NCBI GenBank assembly: GCA_014799325.1
Contig: JAAVIE010000027.1
Span: forward strand, 1 to 50,697
DNA length: 50,697 bases
Direction: 5' to 3'
Source: Oscillospiraceae bacterium
GTDB lineage: Bacteria > Bacillota > Clostridia > Oscillospirales > Ruminococcaceae
Shown here: piece after piece, positions 27,232 to 36,742 of the stretch
Layout of the letters: each line of letters begins with the position of its first letter
Numbering within the stretch: position 1 is the first letter of the stretch
The notes under the pieces: generated by a model
The model's input: only the letters and a program-made list of their open reading frames with translations
Database searches by the model: none
What the model was told of the DNA's origin: nothing
Translations under genes and position numbers: made by a program

Positions 27232-28113
27232 CTACTTAAAGGCTCTGTTTTTTCGGTACTCAGTCGGACTCTCCCCAAAACATTTACGAAAAATCTCCGC
27301 ATAGTAGCTCGCACCGCCAAATCCCGCCGATAAAGCGACCTCCGTGATCGACATATCATAACAGCACAACAATTCAAGACTTTTATTTAAACGATATTGA
27401 TTAAGATAAGCATTGGGACTTTGCCCTAAATATTTTGCAAATAATTTACAGCACTTACTTTGTCCCACGGCTCCGGACACGGCGATCTCCTCCAATGATA
27501 TCTTTCGGGAGTAATTCTTCTGAATAAAACCGATCATATCCTTAACAACCGTCAGATCGCTGCCGAAACGCTCTGCGGTATGCTCCTCCAATGGAAGATT
27601 TTCGTATAGCAGCGACCATATCGCCAAAAATGAGGACTGCACTTTAAGAGGCGCAGCGCTATCGTCTTTGCTTTGAACCATAAAGTGAATCTGCTCTAAA
27701 ACAGCGCGCTGCCAACCGATATCGGGATCAAGAAAAACAAACGATTTGGAACTGCGTATAACAGGCAGCACAAAATCACGCTCATAGGCGGGCGCAGCGC
27801 AAAGCAGCATAGGGTGTAGTATGATACAGTTAAAAATACATTCCGTCATAGTTGACGAAAACCCGAAATGCAGCTGCCGTGCGTTTACAAAAATACCCTC
27901 GCCCTTCCGCAGCCTTATAACCTCGCCGTTTACATTATAATCCATCTCGCCCTCTAAAACGGCGATCAGTTCAATATCGTCATGCCAATGACTGGGAGCG
28001 GCATAGTTTGGATAGTTTGAAAGAATCCCATGTCGGATATAGATAGGATAATCCGAGCTGTCATAATGTATCTTTTCGGAGCGGTCATCTTTCAGTTCGA
28101 TCAAGGCACTCAT
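27232..28113 (-). CDS. AraC family transcriptional regulator (cupin sensor)
   Basis: HWHDDIE cupin; C-terminal double HTH ending SITEVALSAGF...SPTEYRK. Confidence 0.93.
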   Translation of the reverse strand: MSALIELKDDRSEKIHYDSSDYPIYIRHGILSNYPNYAAPSHWHDDIELIAVLEGEMDYNVNGEVIRLRKGEGIFVNARQLHFGFSSTMTECIFNCIILHPMLLCAAPAYERDFVLPVIRSSKSFVFLDPDIGWQRAVLEQIHFMVQSKDDSAAPLKVQSSFLAIWSLLYENLPLEEHTAERFGSDLTVVKDMIGFIQKNYSRKISLEEIAVSGAVGQSKCCKLFAKYLGQSPNAYLNQYRLNKSLELLCCYDMSITEVALSAGFGGASYYAEIFRKCFGESPTEYRKNRAFK

Positions 28114-28271
28114 AAACCCTTCTCCTCGCAGGATTGTTATTGAAAAAAGCAGAAATCTGATAGAAATACAACAGATAATGTGATATTATCATATCATATA
28201 AAGAATAAATAATCAATCCGCTTTAATACAAAGAAACGATCGAACCGCAAACGTGATCCGGAGGCGCTTAC

Positions 28272-29462
28272 GTGGAAAATTTATTTCTCGCCTCCGTGAC
28301 GATCGGGCTTTCCATGTTTGCGGCGCAGTATTGGGGCAGTCGGGATATAGATTCAATGGAGAATGTTTTCGGCTATACAATGAAAGTCACACTGATCGTA
28401 TCAACGTTCTTTTTTCTTGTCGGACTGTGTATTCCCGATATACTCATGAGTCTTTTTACCAATGACACAGCTTTAATTGCTCACGGCTCTCTTTATCTGC
28501 GTGCGGTATCGGTATCTTTTCTGCTCACCGGTATTTCACAGATATATCTATGTACGCTGAAGAACAGCGGAAAAGTGTCAATAGCCGGATCGATAAGCTC
28601 TGTCTGTGTTGTTATCAACATTATCCTAAACGCAGTTTTTATTTTCGGGCTTTTGGGTTTCCCGAAAATGGGGATCGCGGGTGCGGCTTTGGCGACTGTG
28701 ATCGCACGTTTAGCGGAAGTAATGTGGTGTATTTTTGTGACCGCGAGGAAAAGTCAGGTAAAGCTGCATCTAAAGAAAATTATTACCTGCAATAAAGAAC
28801 TTCGCTCCGATTTTTGGAAACATACGGCTCCTGTTCTTGGCAATGAAATAGTATGGGGGATAGGATTTACAATGTACTCCGTTATCATGGGTCATTTAGG
28901 CAGTGATGCCGCAGCGGCGAACGCCATTGCCAATATTGCCAAAAACCTTGTTGCCTGCTTTTGCCTGGGACTTGGAAGCGGCAGCGGCATTATAATCGGA
29001 AATGAGTTGGGCGCAGGTCGGCTTGATTCGGCAAGGGAATACGGCAGTAAGCTTTGCAAGCTGTCAATTATATGCGGAGCGGTATCGGGAGTGTTTCTGC
29101 TCCTGCTTATTCCGTTTGTGCTTATGCTGACGGACTTGAGCCCACAGGCAAATACCCTCTTGAAAGGTATGCTTGTTATGTGTTCGTACTATCTGATAGG
29201 CAAGTCCGTTAATTCAACAACTATCGCGGGGATATTCTGCGCGGGCGGCGACAGCAAATTCGGTTTTTTATGCGATACGGTAACAATATGGTGCGTTACC
29301 GTTCCGCTTGGTTTTTTGGCAGCTTTTTTGTTTCATCTGCCCGTGCTTACGGTGTATTTTGTGATCAATCTGGACGAGATCATAAAACTTCCCGCTGTGT
29401 ACAGGCACTATAAAAAATATCTATGGGTTAAAAATCTGACTGTAAAGGAGAAATCAAAATGA
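28272..29462 (+). CDS. MATE family efflux transporter, apparently N-terminally truncated
   Basis: AQYWG, NIILNAVFIFG..G.PKMGIAGAALAT, GNELGAG; 396 aa, lacking the usual first TM segment. Confidence 0.8.
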   Translation: MENLFLASVTIGLSMFAAQYWGSRDIDSMENVFGYTMKVTLIVSTFFFLVGLCIPDILMSLFTNDTALIAHGSLYLRAVSVSFLLTGISQIYLCTLKNSGKVSIAGSISSVCVVINIILNAVFIFGLLGFPKMGIAGAALATVIARLAEVMWCIFVTARKSQVKLHLKKIITCNKELRSDFWKHTAPVLGNEIVWGIGFTMYSVIMGHLGSDAAAANAIANIAKNLVACFCLGLGSGSGIIIGNELGAGRLDSAREYGSKLCKLSIICGAVSGVFLLLLIPFVLMLTDLSPQANTLLKGMLVMCSYYLIGKSVNSTTIAGIFCAGGDSKFGFLCDTVTIWCVTVPLGFLAAFLFHLPVLTVYFVINLDEIIKLPAVYRHYKKYLWVKNLTVKEKSK

Positions 29463-30076
29463 GCAAAATGAAAGACAGACTTCATACGGGCGAGCTTTAT
29501 CTTCCCGGTGACGAAGAAATCATGACCGATCAAACCAAAAGGCTTGACCGGCTTTACGACTTCAATATGACCCGTCCCACAGAGGGCGAAAAACGCACCG
29601 CCATGCTGAAAGAAATGTTCGCCGAGATCGGCGAGGGCTGTTATGTAGAGCCTCCGCTGCACTCAAATTTCGGAGGCGGTCATGTGCATTTCGGAAAAGG
29701 GGTATATGCCAATTTCAACTTAACTCTGGTTGACGATACACACATCTATATCGGAGATTATACCATGCTCGGTCCCAACGTTACCATTGCCACGGCAGGA
29801 CACCCTATCTTGCCGGAGCTGCGTCAACAGGGTTATCAGTATAATATGTCCGTGCGCATAGGCAAAAACTGCTGGCTCGGCGCAGGAGTAATTGTTATGC
29901 CCGGAATTACTATCGGTGACAACGTGGTTATTGGAGCGGGAAGCATTGTGACTAAGGACATTCCCTCAAATGTCGTAGCAGTTGGCAATCCGTGCCGTAT
30001 TCTGCGCGAGGTTGGAGAGCATGACAGGGAGTACTATTTCAAAAACAGAAAGATCGATTATGATGCTTTGAAGTAA
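29459..30076 (+). CDS. Sugar O-acetyltransferase (maltose/galactoside, hexapeptide repeat)
   Basis: YVEPPLHSNFG, NFNLTLVDD, IGKNCWLG, GAGSIVTKDIP..VVAVGNPCR. Confidence 0.93.
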   Translation: MSKMKDRLHTGELYLPGDEEIMTDQTKRLDRLYDFNMTRPTEGEKRTAMLKEMFAEIGEGCYVEPPLHSNFGGGHVHFGKGVYANFNLTLVDDTHIYIGDYTMLGPNVTIATAGHPILPELRQQGYQYNMSVRIGKNCWLGAGVIVMPGITIGDNVVIGAGSIVTKDIPSNVVAVGNPCRILREVGEHDREYYFKNRKIDYDALK

Positions 30077-30081
30077 GACGT

Positions 30082-30618
30082 TTAATTTTTGATATCAAGA
30101 TAAAACAGAATATCGCTTTTGCCCTCCTGTGACGTGCCGGTATACACATGGGTATCCAATCCGCCGATAACAAAGCCGTTTTTCAGGTAGAATAAACAAG
30201 CGCCGAGATTATTGTCCTGTCCCTGCGTATATATTCCGAGGTAGCCCTGTTCAAGGGCTACCTCTTTTGATTTCTCTATCAGCATTGCGCCAATGTGCTT
30301 GTTTCTGTAATCCGAATTGACTTTCAGATCATACAGATACATATACTTAAAAAATGCCTGCTGCAATATCGCAAGTCCGATACATTTTTCATCGTCATAT
30401 GCGCCGACAAAGACGCTGTTTTCTGACAGCTCGGCATAATCGTAGTTTTCATCGGGAAAGCACATTTCCGAGATTTTATCTTCGGAAAAGAGTTCGGTTT
30501 TATAGTCCCATTTTCCGTCATTATAAGAGGGCTGCATCAATCCGAACAGTGAAAACGGCTGATTGGGAATGTTGATATCGGATTTGTGGTCATTATCGAT
30601 TATTTTTACGGTTATCAT
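30082..30618 (-). CDS. GNAT acetyltransferase, streptothricin acetyltransferase (Sat)-like
   Basis: DLKVNSDYRNKHIG, QDNNLGACLFYLKNGFVIGGLD..VY typical of the Sat-like GNAT clade. Confidence 0.75.
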   Translation of the reverse strand: MITVKIIDNDHKSDINIPNQPFSLFGLMQPSYNDGKWDYKTELFSEDKISEMCFPDENYDYAELSENSVFVGAYDDEKCIGLAILQQAFFKYMYLYDLKVNSDYRNKHIGAMLIEKSKEVALEQGYLGIYTQGQDNNLGACLFYLKNGFVIGGLDTHVYTGTSQEGKSDILFYLDIKN

Positions 30619-31126
30619 TATTTATTTGTCCTTTCTCAAAAATGCCGCCTTCAAAAAAGATGTCGTTTCCGTTTTCGTCTTTATGGAATGACAGCGTTTC
30701 CGTACCCGTCAAAACAAATCCCAACCTTTGCAGCAGCCTGCACGACGGTATATTTTTGAGCGCCGTTCCCGAAGAAAAAGCTTTAACGGCTCTTGTCCTT
30801 TCAATATGCTCCATTACTGCACTGCATGCCTCGCTTGCATAGCCCTTGCCTTTATAATCGGAATGAAAACAGTAGCCCAGATCGTAGATTCCATTATCCT
30901 CATGAAAGCATACATAACCTATCATACTTTTTTCAAGCATGACCGCAAAAAATAGGTGAGATTCGGCAAATTGCTTTGTCAGGGTCTTGATCTCCTCATC
31001 TTGTGCGGGCAGGGGCATATCGTACACTGCGTATTCCGACTTTTGAAAATCGGCGGCGATTCTCTGCATATCCTGCCAATCTTCCGAATTAAGCTCTCTT
31101 ATCAGTAATCTGTTTGTGTATATCAT
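30593..31126 (-). CDS. GNAT acetyltransferase (RimJ/RimL type)
   Basis: TNRLLIR, LGYCF...KGKGYASEA, NIPSCRLLQRLGF. Confidence 0.88.
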   Translation of the reverse strand: MIYTNRLLIRELNSEDWQDMQRIAADFQKSEYAVYDMPLPAQDEEIKTLTKQFAESHLFFAVMLEKSMIGYVCFHEDNGIYDLGYCFHSDYKGKGYASEACSAVMEHIERTRAVKAFSSGTALKNIPSCRLLQRLGFVLTGTETLSFHKDENGNDIFFEGGIFEKGQINNDNRKNNR

Positions 31127-31223
31127 ATGAAGTTTCCTTTTATGTATTGAGTCGTATTTTTAATCATTCCGTTAGATAATATCCACAACGCGGCAGCCTT
31201 ATTGCTGCCCTTAAATTTATTGC

Positions 31224-31257
31224 GGGCATTTCATAATATCACACGCGAAATGCCCGC
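31224..31257 (-). terminator. Hairpin downstream of the lipoprotein gene
   Basis: GGGCATTTC...GAAATGCCC inverted repeat. Confidence 0.45.
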
Positions 31258-31268
31258 TTAACACAGCA

Positions 31269-32051
31269 TTATTTCCGGCTCAACTCCACATCATCAATGT
31301 AATATGAAGTAATCGATTCAAATCCCGAATCGGTGCCGATAATAAGATACACTTCTCCGTTTTCATCTGCGGCGGCGCTGACGGTCAGTTCATATACATT
31401 GAAGTCATAGCCGTCGGGATTCATCTCGTCCTGCTTTGCAATAGTGCCTACAACGCTCATATCCTTTCCGCCCTCACCCTGATGACCGCCGTCTATATTG
31501 AGCCTGAAATGCCCATTGTCATCAACCGAATTTTCCGGTTTTACATTGGTGATCCCGCTTTTTACATAGACCGAATCTCCGGGAGAACCGCCGACACCAA
31601 ACATACCTCCGGGCACATTGGTGGCTATTTTGAACTTAATGCTGAATTCATACTTCTGACCGCCGACAAGTCCGTCTATTTTCTTGAAGTATCCCATAAA
31701 TAGATCATCACTGTGATTATTGCCGGAGATAAACAGCCCCTTGCCCGCTCCGGAGATCGGAATTTCTCCGTGTTCGTGCTTCATCTCGTAGAATTCTTCC
31801 ACATCTTCTGAATTTGGGTAATCGGAAAAGATCGGAACAAACCCGCAGTCGCCGTCCTCAAAATCGAATTTTAAAGCCGAGGGTTTGTTGTTATCATCCC
31901 TGCCGCTGTCCTTTTCAGATTCTGCAGGAGCGGAAGCTGCAGGAGTGGAAACTCCGTTTTTGTTGCCCGATTCGTTCTTTTGCTCGGAACACCCTGTAAA
32001 TGAGGCAGTAAGTACCGATGCGATCAAAAATAACAGAAAACCTTTTTTCAT
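31269..32051 (-). CDS. Lipoprotein of unknown function
   Basis: Signal peptide with lipobox FTGC, low-complexity linker, beta-rich domain with NNHSDDLFM. Confidence 0.8.
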   Translation of the reverse strand: MKKGFLLFLIASVLTASFTGCSEQKNESGNKNGVSTPAASAPAESEKDSGRDDNNKPSALKFDFEDGDCGFVPIFSDYPNSEDVEEFYEMKHEHGEIPISGAGKGLFISGNNHSDDLFMGYFKKIDGLVGGQKYEFSIKFKIATNVPGGMFGVGGSPGDSVYVKSGITNVKPENSVDDNGHFRLNIDGGHQGEGGKDMSVVGTIAKQDEMNPDGYDFNVYELTVSAAADENGEVYLIIGTDSGFESITSYYIDDVELSRK

Positions 32052-32098
32052 TTTTTGTTCCTCCTTGTTATAGATGTTTTGTTTTAGGTTTCTGTATA

Positions 32099-32854
32099 TT
32101 AGATGCGGTTACGTTTCCGTTTTGTTGGCAATTTATCGGAAAAATTTAAAAAAATTATGAAAGCGGCGACAGACAGCAGCATCAATGCTCCGAATATAAT
32201 AAGCCACGGTGAAATTACTGCGGGCTCCGGGTCAAATTCCATAGAACCCATTTGACCATCTTCCGGTGCGTTTGAAATATATTTGACAAGGTTATACCCA
32301 AAGCCGGCTCCGAAAAAGAGAATAAAGCATGCAATCGCACCGAGCGCGCGGCGAAGCTTTTTGATAGACGTATTGTATATCCATTGAACCGTGCCGATAG
32401 GAATTGACATAATCTTTGAAATTTCTTTGTGCGTCATACCGCCAAGCATTTTCAACGAAACTATCTGTTTTTGCTTATCATTAAGTGATGCCGTCATAGA
32501 ATCAAACGCGTCAATATCAACAAAATCCTCGATCTCAAGGTCTTGCTCGGGAAGCTCCTGCACTTCATCAAGAGGAACAGTCTTCTTTTCCTTGCGAAGA
32601 TGCATGAGCGCTTCATTTTTTACGACCGTATGAAGCCATGCTATCTCATGATCGTTTGGGAACAGCCGCTCCTCCATTGTATATAGCCTCAGCATTACAT
32701 TTTGGATAACATCATAACAATCGCTCTCGTTATTAAGTACGGAGTAAGCAGTACCGAACATAAAACGAAAATATTTGTTATAAAGAATATCGAAACCCTC
32801 CGATTTGCGCTGTTTTATAAGCAGTAGTGTATTTTTTATTTCATTTTGATTCAT
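32099..32854 (-). CDS. ECF sigma factor with C-terminal two-TM extension
   Basis: Regions 2 and 4 (DVIQNV, AWLHTVVKN, THKEISKIMSIPIGTVQW) followed by two hydrophobic helices; AAGGAGG RBS before MNQNE. Confidence 0.85.
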   Translation of the reverse strand: MNQNEIKNTLLLIKQRKSEGFDILYNKYFRFMFGTAYSVLNNESDCYDVIQNVMLRLYTMEERLFPNDHEIAWLHTVVKNEALMHLRKEKKTVPLDEVQELPEQDLEIEDFVDIDAFDSMTASLNDKQKQIVSLKMLGGMTHKEISKIMSIPIGTVQWIYNTSIKKLRRALGAIACFILFFGAGFGYNLVKYISNAPEDGQMGSMEFDPEPAVISPWLIIFGALMLLSVAAFIIFLNFSDKLPTKRKRNRI

Positions 32855-32946
32855 GTTTATACACCTCCTTCTACTTATAAGATGCAGCAAAGTTTACGAT
32901 TTGTTGGCGAAAATTTGATTTTCAAAAAAAAAAACATTTTAACTGC

Positions 32947-33348
32947 TTAATCGTCCTGAGGCTTATTTTCCGTATCGTAAAAGTCCTTTTCATACTTGTA
33001 GCCCCAATTCATCATAGCATAAAAGATCGGATACAGATCGCGGCCCTTTTCGGTAAAGGAATATTCAACGTGCGGAGGTATCTCGTTGAACTGCTCCCGG
33101 TGAACGATCCCTTTTGCTTCCAGATCCTTAAGTGTAGCGGTAAGCATTGTATTGGTCACACCCGGAAGCTCTTTTTTTAATTCTCCGAAACGAATATGAT
33201 CGTAAATGCACAGAACATAAAGCACCTGATCCGTCCACTTTCCCTGAAACAGCGTCAGCGCAGGTGTGACGGGGCAGTTGCCGGATTCCGTTACGATACC
33301 TTTCTTGACCTGATCCAAAAAATCGTTATAGTTCATCATCTGTTCCAT
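32947..33348 (-). CDS. HxlR family transcriptional regulator
   Basis: CPV, GKW, RFGELKK, MLTATLKDLE, PPHVEYSFTEKG. Confidence 0.92.
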   Translation of the reverse strand: MEQMMNYNDFLDQVKKGIVTESGNCPVTPALTLFQGKWTDQVLYVLCIYDHIRFGELKKELPGVTNTMLTATLKDLEAKGIVHREQFNEIPPHVEYSFTEKGRDLYPIFYAMMNWGYKYEKDFYDTENKPQDD

Positions 33349-33474
33349 AGGTATTCTCCTTATAGTAAGTTTTTTCATACTATATATGATTTTTCTGCGT
33401 ACTTGACACGTTTTTCAGATAAAGTATAATAAATATACCAACAAATGTCAAGCACTTTTCGGGAGGAATTTCAA

Positions 33475-34950
33475 ATGGATAAAAATGTGATATATGAGCT
33501 TTTTAAAGAAAAGGTAAACGAAGCGCCAAACGCGGCCGCCGTATTTGATGAGAAACGAAGTCTTACAAGAAAAGAATTTGATATGCTTATCGACACTATC
33601 GCATCGAAAATACCCGCAGCAGCTCGCAGGGTCGGAATTATTATGGATCACACCGTTGAAATGATCGCTGCCATTTTTGCCGTTCTTAAAGGCGGGAGAG
33701 CATATATTCCCGTTGAGCCGTTCTTTCCTCATGAGAGAATCGATTTTATGATGAATGATGCAAACACAGACCTTATACTTACAAACAGCATTTACAAAGA
33801 AAAGATCAGCGGATTTCCCTGTGTGTTTATCGACCCCGGCATGGAGATCCAAAATGTTTCGGTAGAGCAAACGGCATTGCCGGACGATCTCGCTTACATT
33901 TTATATACATCGGGGTCAACGGGCGCTCCAAAGGGCGTAGCGGTACGGAACCGCAACGTCTGTCACTATGTAAGGGCGTTTCAAAACGAATTTCACCCGA
34001 ATGAAACGGATACAATGCTTCAATATTCTGTCTGTTCATTCGACATTTTTGTTGAAGAAGTATTTACAACACTTCTGTCGGGTGCCGCGCTTGCGATACC
34101 GTCCGCAAAAACAAAAGAAAAAATTCATACTCTTATGGATTTTGTTGAGAAAAACAATGTTACCGAGATCAGCGGTTTTCCCTATCTTCTGCTTGAAATG
34201 AATCATCTGCCGAGTATTCCCGAATGTATTAGACTGCTGATCAGCGGCGGTGATGTGCTTCGCGCAAGCTATGTCACAAATTTGCTTGACAAGGCAGAAA
34301 TTTACAACACCTACGGACCGTCCGAAACAACGGTATGCGCCTCGTATTTTAGATGCAATGATACCATTCCTCTTCAGGACGAAACCTATCCGGTAGGCAA
34401 ACCCGTTTTGGGAACGCAGATAGAGATCTTGAACGAGCATATGGTTCCAGTAAAACCGGGTGAGATCGGGGAAATATGTATTCTCGGAGACGGTGTTTCG
34501 GCGGGATATACAGGCAGCAGAAAAAGGGAAAACGAAGCCTTTGTTACACGTAAGGACGGTTCTGTTGTATACCGCAGCGGCGATCTCGGATATTTTCTCC
34601 CTAACGGAAATATTGCTTTTTTACACCGCAAGGATTCGCAGATCATGATTTTGGGGAAGCGGGTCGAGCCTATTGAAGTCGAAAGTGTACTATGCAAATG
34701 CCCGGAAATTGAAAAGGCAGTCGTCAGACCGTATACAGATGAAAAAAATCTGTCTTATATGGTGGCTTATGTGGTTTTAAAACAGCCCGACACAAATCTT
34801 TCAACGCTGAAAAACGAAATGGCAAGATTTCTGCCCAATTATATGAAACCGGAATTTTTTATCAGAATGACCGATATTCCGTTAAACGCCAACGGTAAAT
34901 TGGACATCAAAGCCCTGCCCGTAATTATGAAGGAAGGGGGCGTTGCTTAA
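33475..34950 (+). CDS. Stand-alone amino acid adenylation (NRPS A) domain protein
   Basis: LAYILYTSGSTGAPKG (A3), FDIF (A4), NTYGPSE (A5), GEICILG, YRSGD, NGKLD (A10); no PCP domain. Confidence 0.9.
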   Translation: MDKNVIYELFKEKVNEAPNAAAVFDEKRSLTRKEFDMLIDTIASKIPAAARRVGIIMDHTVEMIAAIFAVLKGGRAYIPVEPFFPHERIDFMMNDANTDLILTNSIYKEKISGFPCVFIDPGMEIQNVSVEQTALPDDLAYILYTSGSTGAPKGVAVRNRNVCHYVRAFQNEFHPNETDTMLQYSVCSFDIFVEEVFTTLLSGAALAIPSAKTKEKIHTLMDFVEKNNVTEISGFPYLLLEMNHLPSIPECIRLLISGGDVLRASYVTNLLDKAEIYNTYGPSETTVCASYFRCNDTIPLQDETYPVGKPVLGTQIEILNEHMVPVKPGEIGEICILGDGVSAGYTGSRKRENEAFVTRKDGSVVYRSGDLGYFLPNGNIAFLHRKDSQIMILGKRVEPIEVESVLCKCPEIEKAVVRPYTDEKNLSYMVAYVVLKQPDTNLSTLKNEMARFLPNYMKPEFFIRMTDIPLNANGKLDIKALPVIMKEGGVA

Positions 34951-35409
34951 ATGGATATTGCCGTCAAACGGGCTTCCGTCAATGAGATCGATAAGCTGAT
35001 GGAGTGGAGAATGGGGGTGCTGCAAAATGTATTTGATATTTCTGCGGCAAATAATAATTCAAGCCTTTACGCCGCAAATCGGGAGTATTATCTGGAAAAG
35101 ATACTAAGCGGAGAACATATTGCGGTATTTGCCGAGAACGATGGCATGACAATGGGCTGCGGCGGACTTTGCCTATACAGGGAAATGCCCTCGCCTGACA
35201 ATCCGACTGGTCGTTGTGCATATTTGATGAATGTTTATACAAAAAAAGAATACCGTAGACAAGGCATAGGAAAAACTGTTGTAAAATGGCTTGTGGAATA
35301 CGCAAAAGAACAAGGTATTACCAAGATATATCTTGAAACCTCCGAGTGCGGCCGCCCGCTGTATGAAGGGCTTGGCTTTAAGAATATGTGTGATTACATG
35401 AAGATATAG
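34951..35409 (+). CDS. GNAT acetyltransferase
   Basis: YLMNVYT..EYRRQGIG, GRPLYEGLGF; abuts the A-domain stop codon. Confidence 0.88.
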   Translation: MDIAVKRASVNEIDKLMEWRMGVLQNVFDISAANNNSSLYAANREYYLEKILSGEHIAVFAENDGMTMGCGGLCLYREMPSPDNPTGRCAYLMNVYTKKEYRRQGIGKTVVKWLVEYAKEQGITKIYLETSECGRPLYEGLGFKNMCDYMKI

Positions 35410-35638
35410 AGGGAATTTCTATGATAGAACCCATGAAATTTGAAATTGACGAAAAACAGATTACCTTTTTTGCAGATGAAAAGTTGAACTTCAAAACTGT
35501 CGTTTTGGCAGAATAGTATTTACTATCAAAATAGGTACCTCGTGTTTCACGAGATATCACATAGATGTGGATACAGATGCGTACCCCATCTTACAAAAAC
35601 ATAACTGAGTTTTAATGCAGGACACAGTTGATATGGTT

Positions 35639-35669
35639 TCAAAAATTGAGTCGCAGTAAACAAAGAATA
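35639..35669 (+). repeat. 31-bp conserved site, copy 2 (TCAAAAATTGAGTCGCAGTAAACAAAGAATA)
   Basis: Direct repeat family. Confidence 0.9.
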
Positions 35670-35854
35670 CGGCAGAACAAAAACCTCCGCCCTAAAACAG
35701 GGCGTCCTTCAAAAATACCGTTCCAATGCTCAAAAAGCATGTAACAAATCGTTACTGCCTTAAAAAACAAAACCGCATCACACAGCCATTACAAGGCTAT
35801 GTAATGCGGTTTGTGTGATGTCGTTACCAAAAAGATTTTTTGAAAAATAAGCGT

Positions 35855-35887
35855 AAAAATACGCTCCCTGTATGCTGGGAGCGTATT
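35855..35887 (-). terminator. Intrinsic terminator downstream of the tRNA 3' fragment
   Basis: AATACGCTCCC-loop-GGGAGCGTATT followed by a U tract on the minus strand. Confidence 0.7.
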
Positions 35888-35906
35888 GGGTGCAGCGTCA
35901 CGCTGC

Positions 35907-35951
35907 TGGTCGAGGCGACGTGATTTGAACACGCGACTTCTACGTCCCGAA
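35907..35951 (-). pseudogene. 3' fragment of tRNA-Pro(CGG), the attachment-site core of the integrated element
   Basis: Minus strand TTCGGGACGTAGAAGTCGCGTGTTCAAATCACGTCGCCTCGACCA: anticodon loop, T arm and acceptor 3' strand with CCA; the 5' half is absent. Confidence 0.88.
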
Positions 35952-36167
35952 GAGTTACGGAAATGTGGTTTTTATTACAAATGGCTTTTTATAGCGGTTT
36001 CCGCTCCATGGAAAAATCTCTTTGGCGGTCTTGTGTCCGTTGTTTCCGTATGCTCCAAAGCCGTCTATGGTCAGATATGTGGTCAAGAAGGAAATGGAAT
36101 ACAAAAACAAAAATGTACCACAACTGCTCCTGATATTATTATATCATAGCTAACAACGGTTTTTATG

Positions 36168-36198
36168 TCAAAATTTGAGTCGCTGTAAACAAAGAATA
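36168..36198 (+). repeat. 31-bp conserved site, copy 3 (TCAAAATTTGAGTCGCTGTAAACAAAGAATA)
   Basis: Direct repeat family. Confidence 0.9.
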
Positions 36199-36742
36199 GA
36201 CAACTGGTAATCTAATTCATTCGAGTCAATCAAAAAGATCTCAGAAAAATATCAAACCATCATCCAAATATGTTTCTGCGACTACATTATTGTTAAAATA
36301 AATTGACTTTTGTAGAACTTTGATGTATTATAATATTATGGACATTTGTATAGATTACCTTGCCCCGATTTATATTAGAATAAGATAAAATTATTTTTGC
36401 CAAATCTAAAAAAGGGGAAAGCAGAGTGATCTACTTTACAAAGAACATGATTTTTACTATCTAGTTATAAAATACCTTTATTAACAAACTTAATAGTGAG
36501 GTCCAAAATAATCTCACAATAATCGTCAAATTTATTTTCTATTTGTTAGTTGTATCTAAATAACGGTTTGACTTTTTCGCTCAGAATATATAATATTGTC
36601 CATTTTTGTTGGTCCATCGCTTAAATTTGATATTTAGTTTTTGGGTGTTTCAGCGAATATCATTACGGATAATTACGTTTGTACATAACAAAATAGTCAC
36701 AAAATATCAGTATAACACTGTTAGAAAAAGGAGTAAAATATA

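Noticed and set aside
35421-35517. Short ORF MIEPMKFEIDEKQITFF... after the GNAT
   Set aside because: May be the truncated start of a third operon gene, but it is too short to assign.
35907-35951. Functional tRNA-Pro
   Set aside because: The D arm and 5' acceptor strand are missing and the anticodon stem cannot pair; it is an att remnant.
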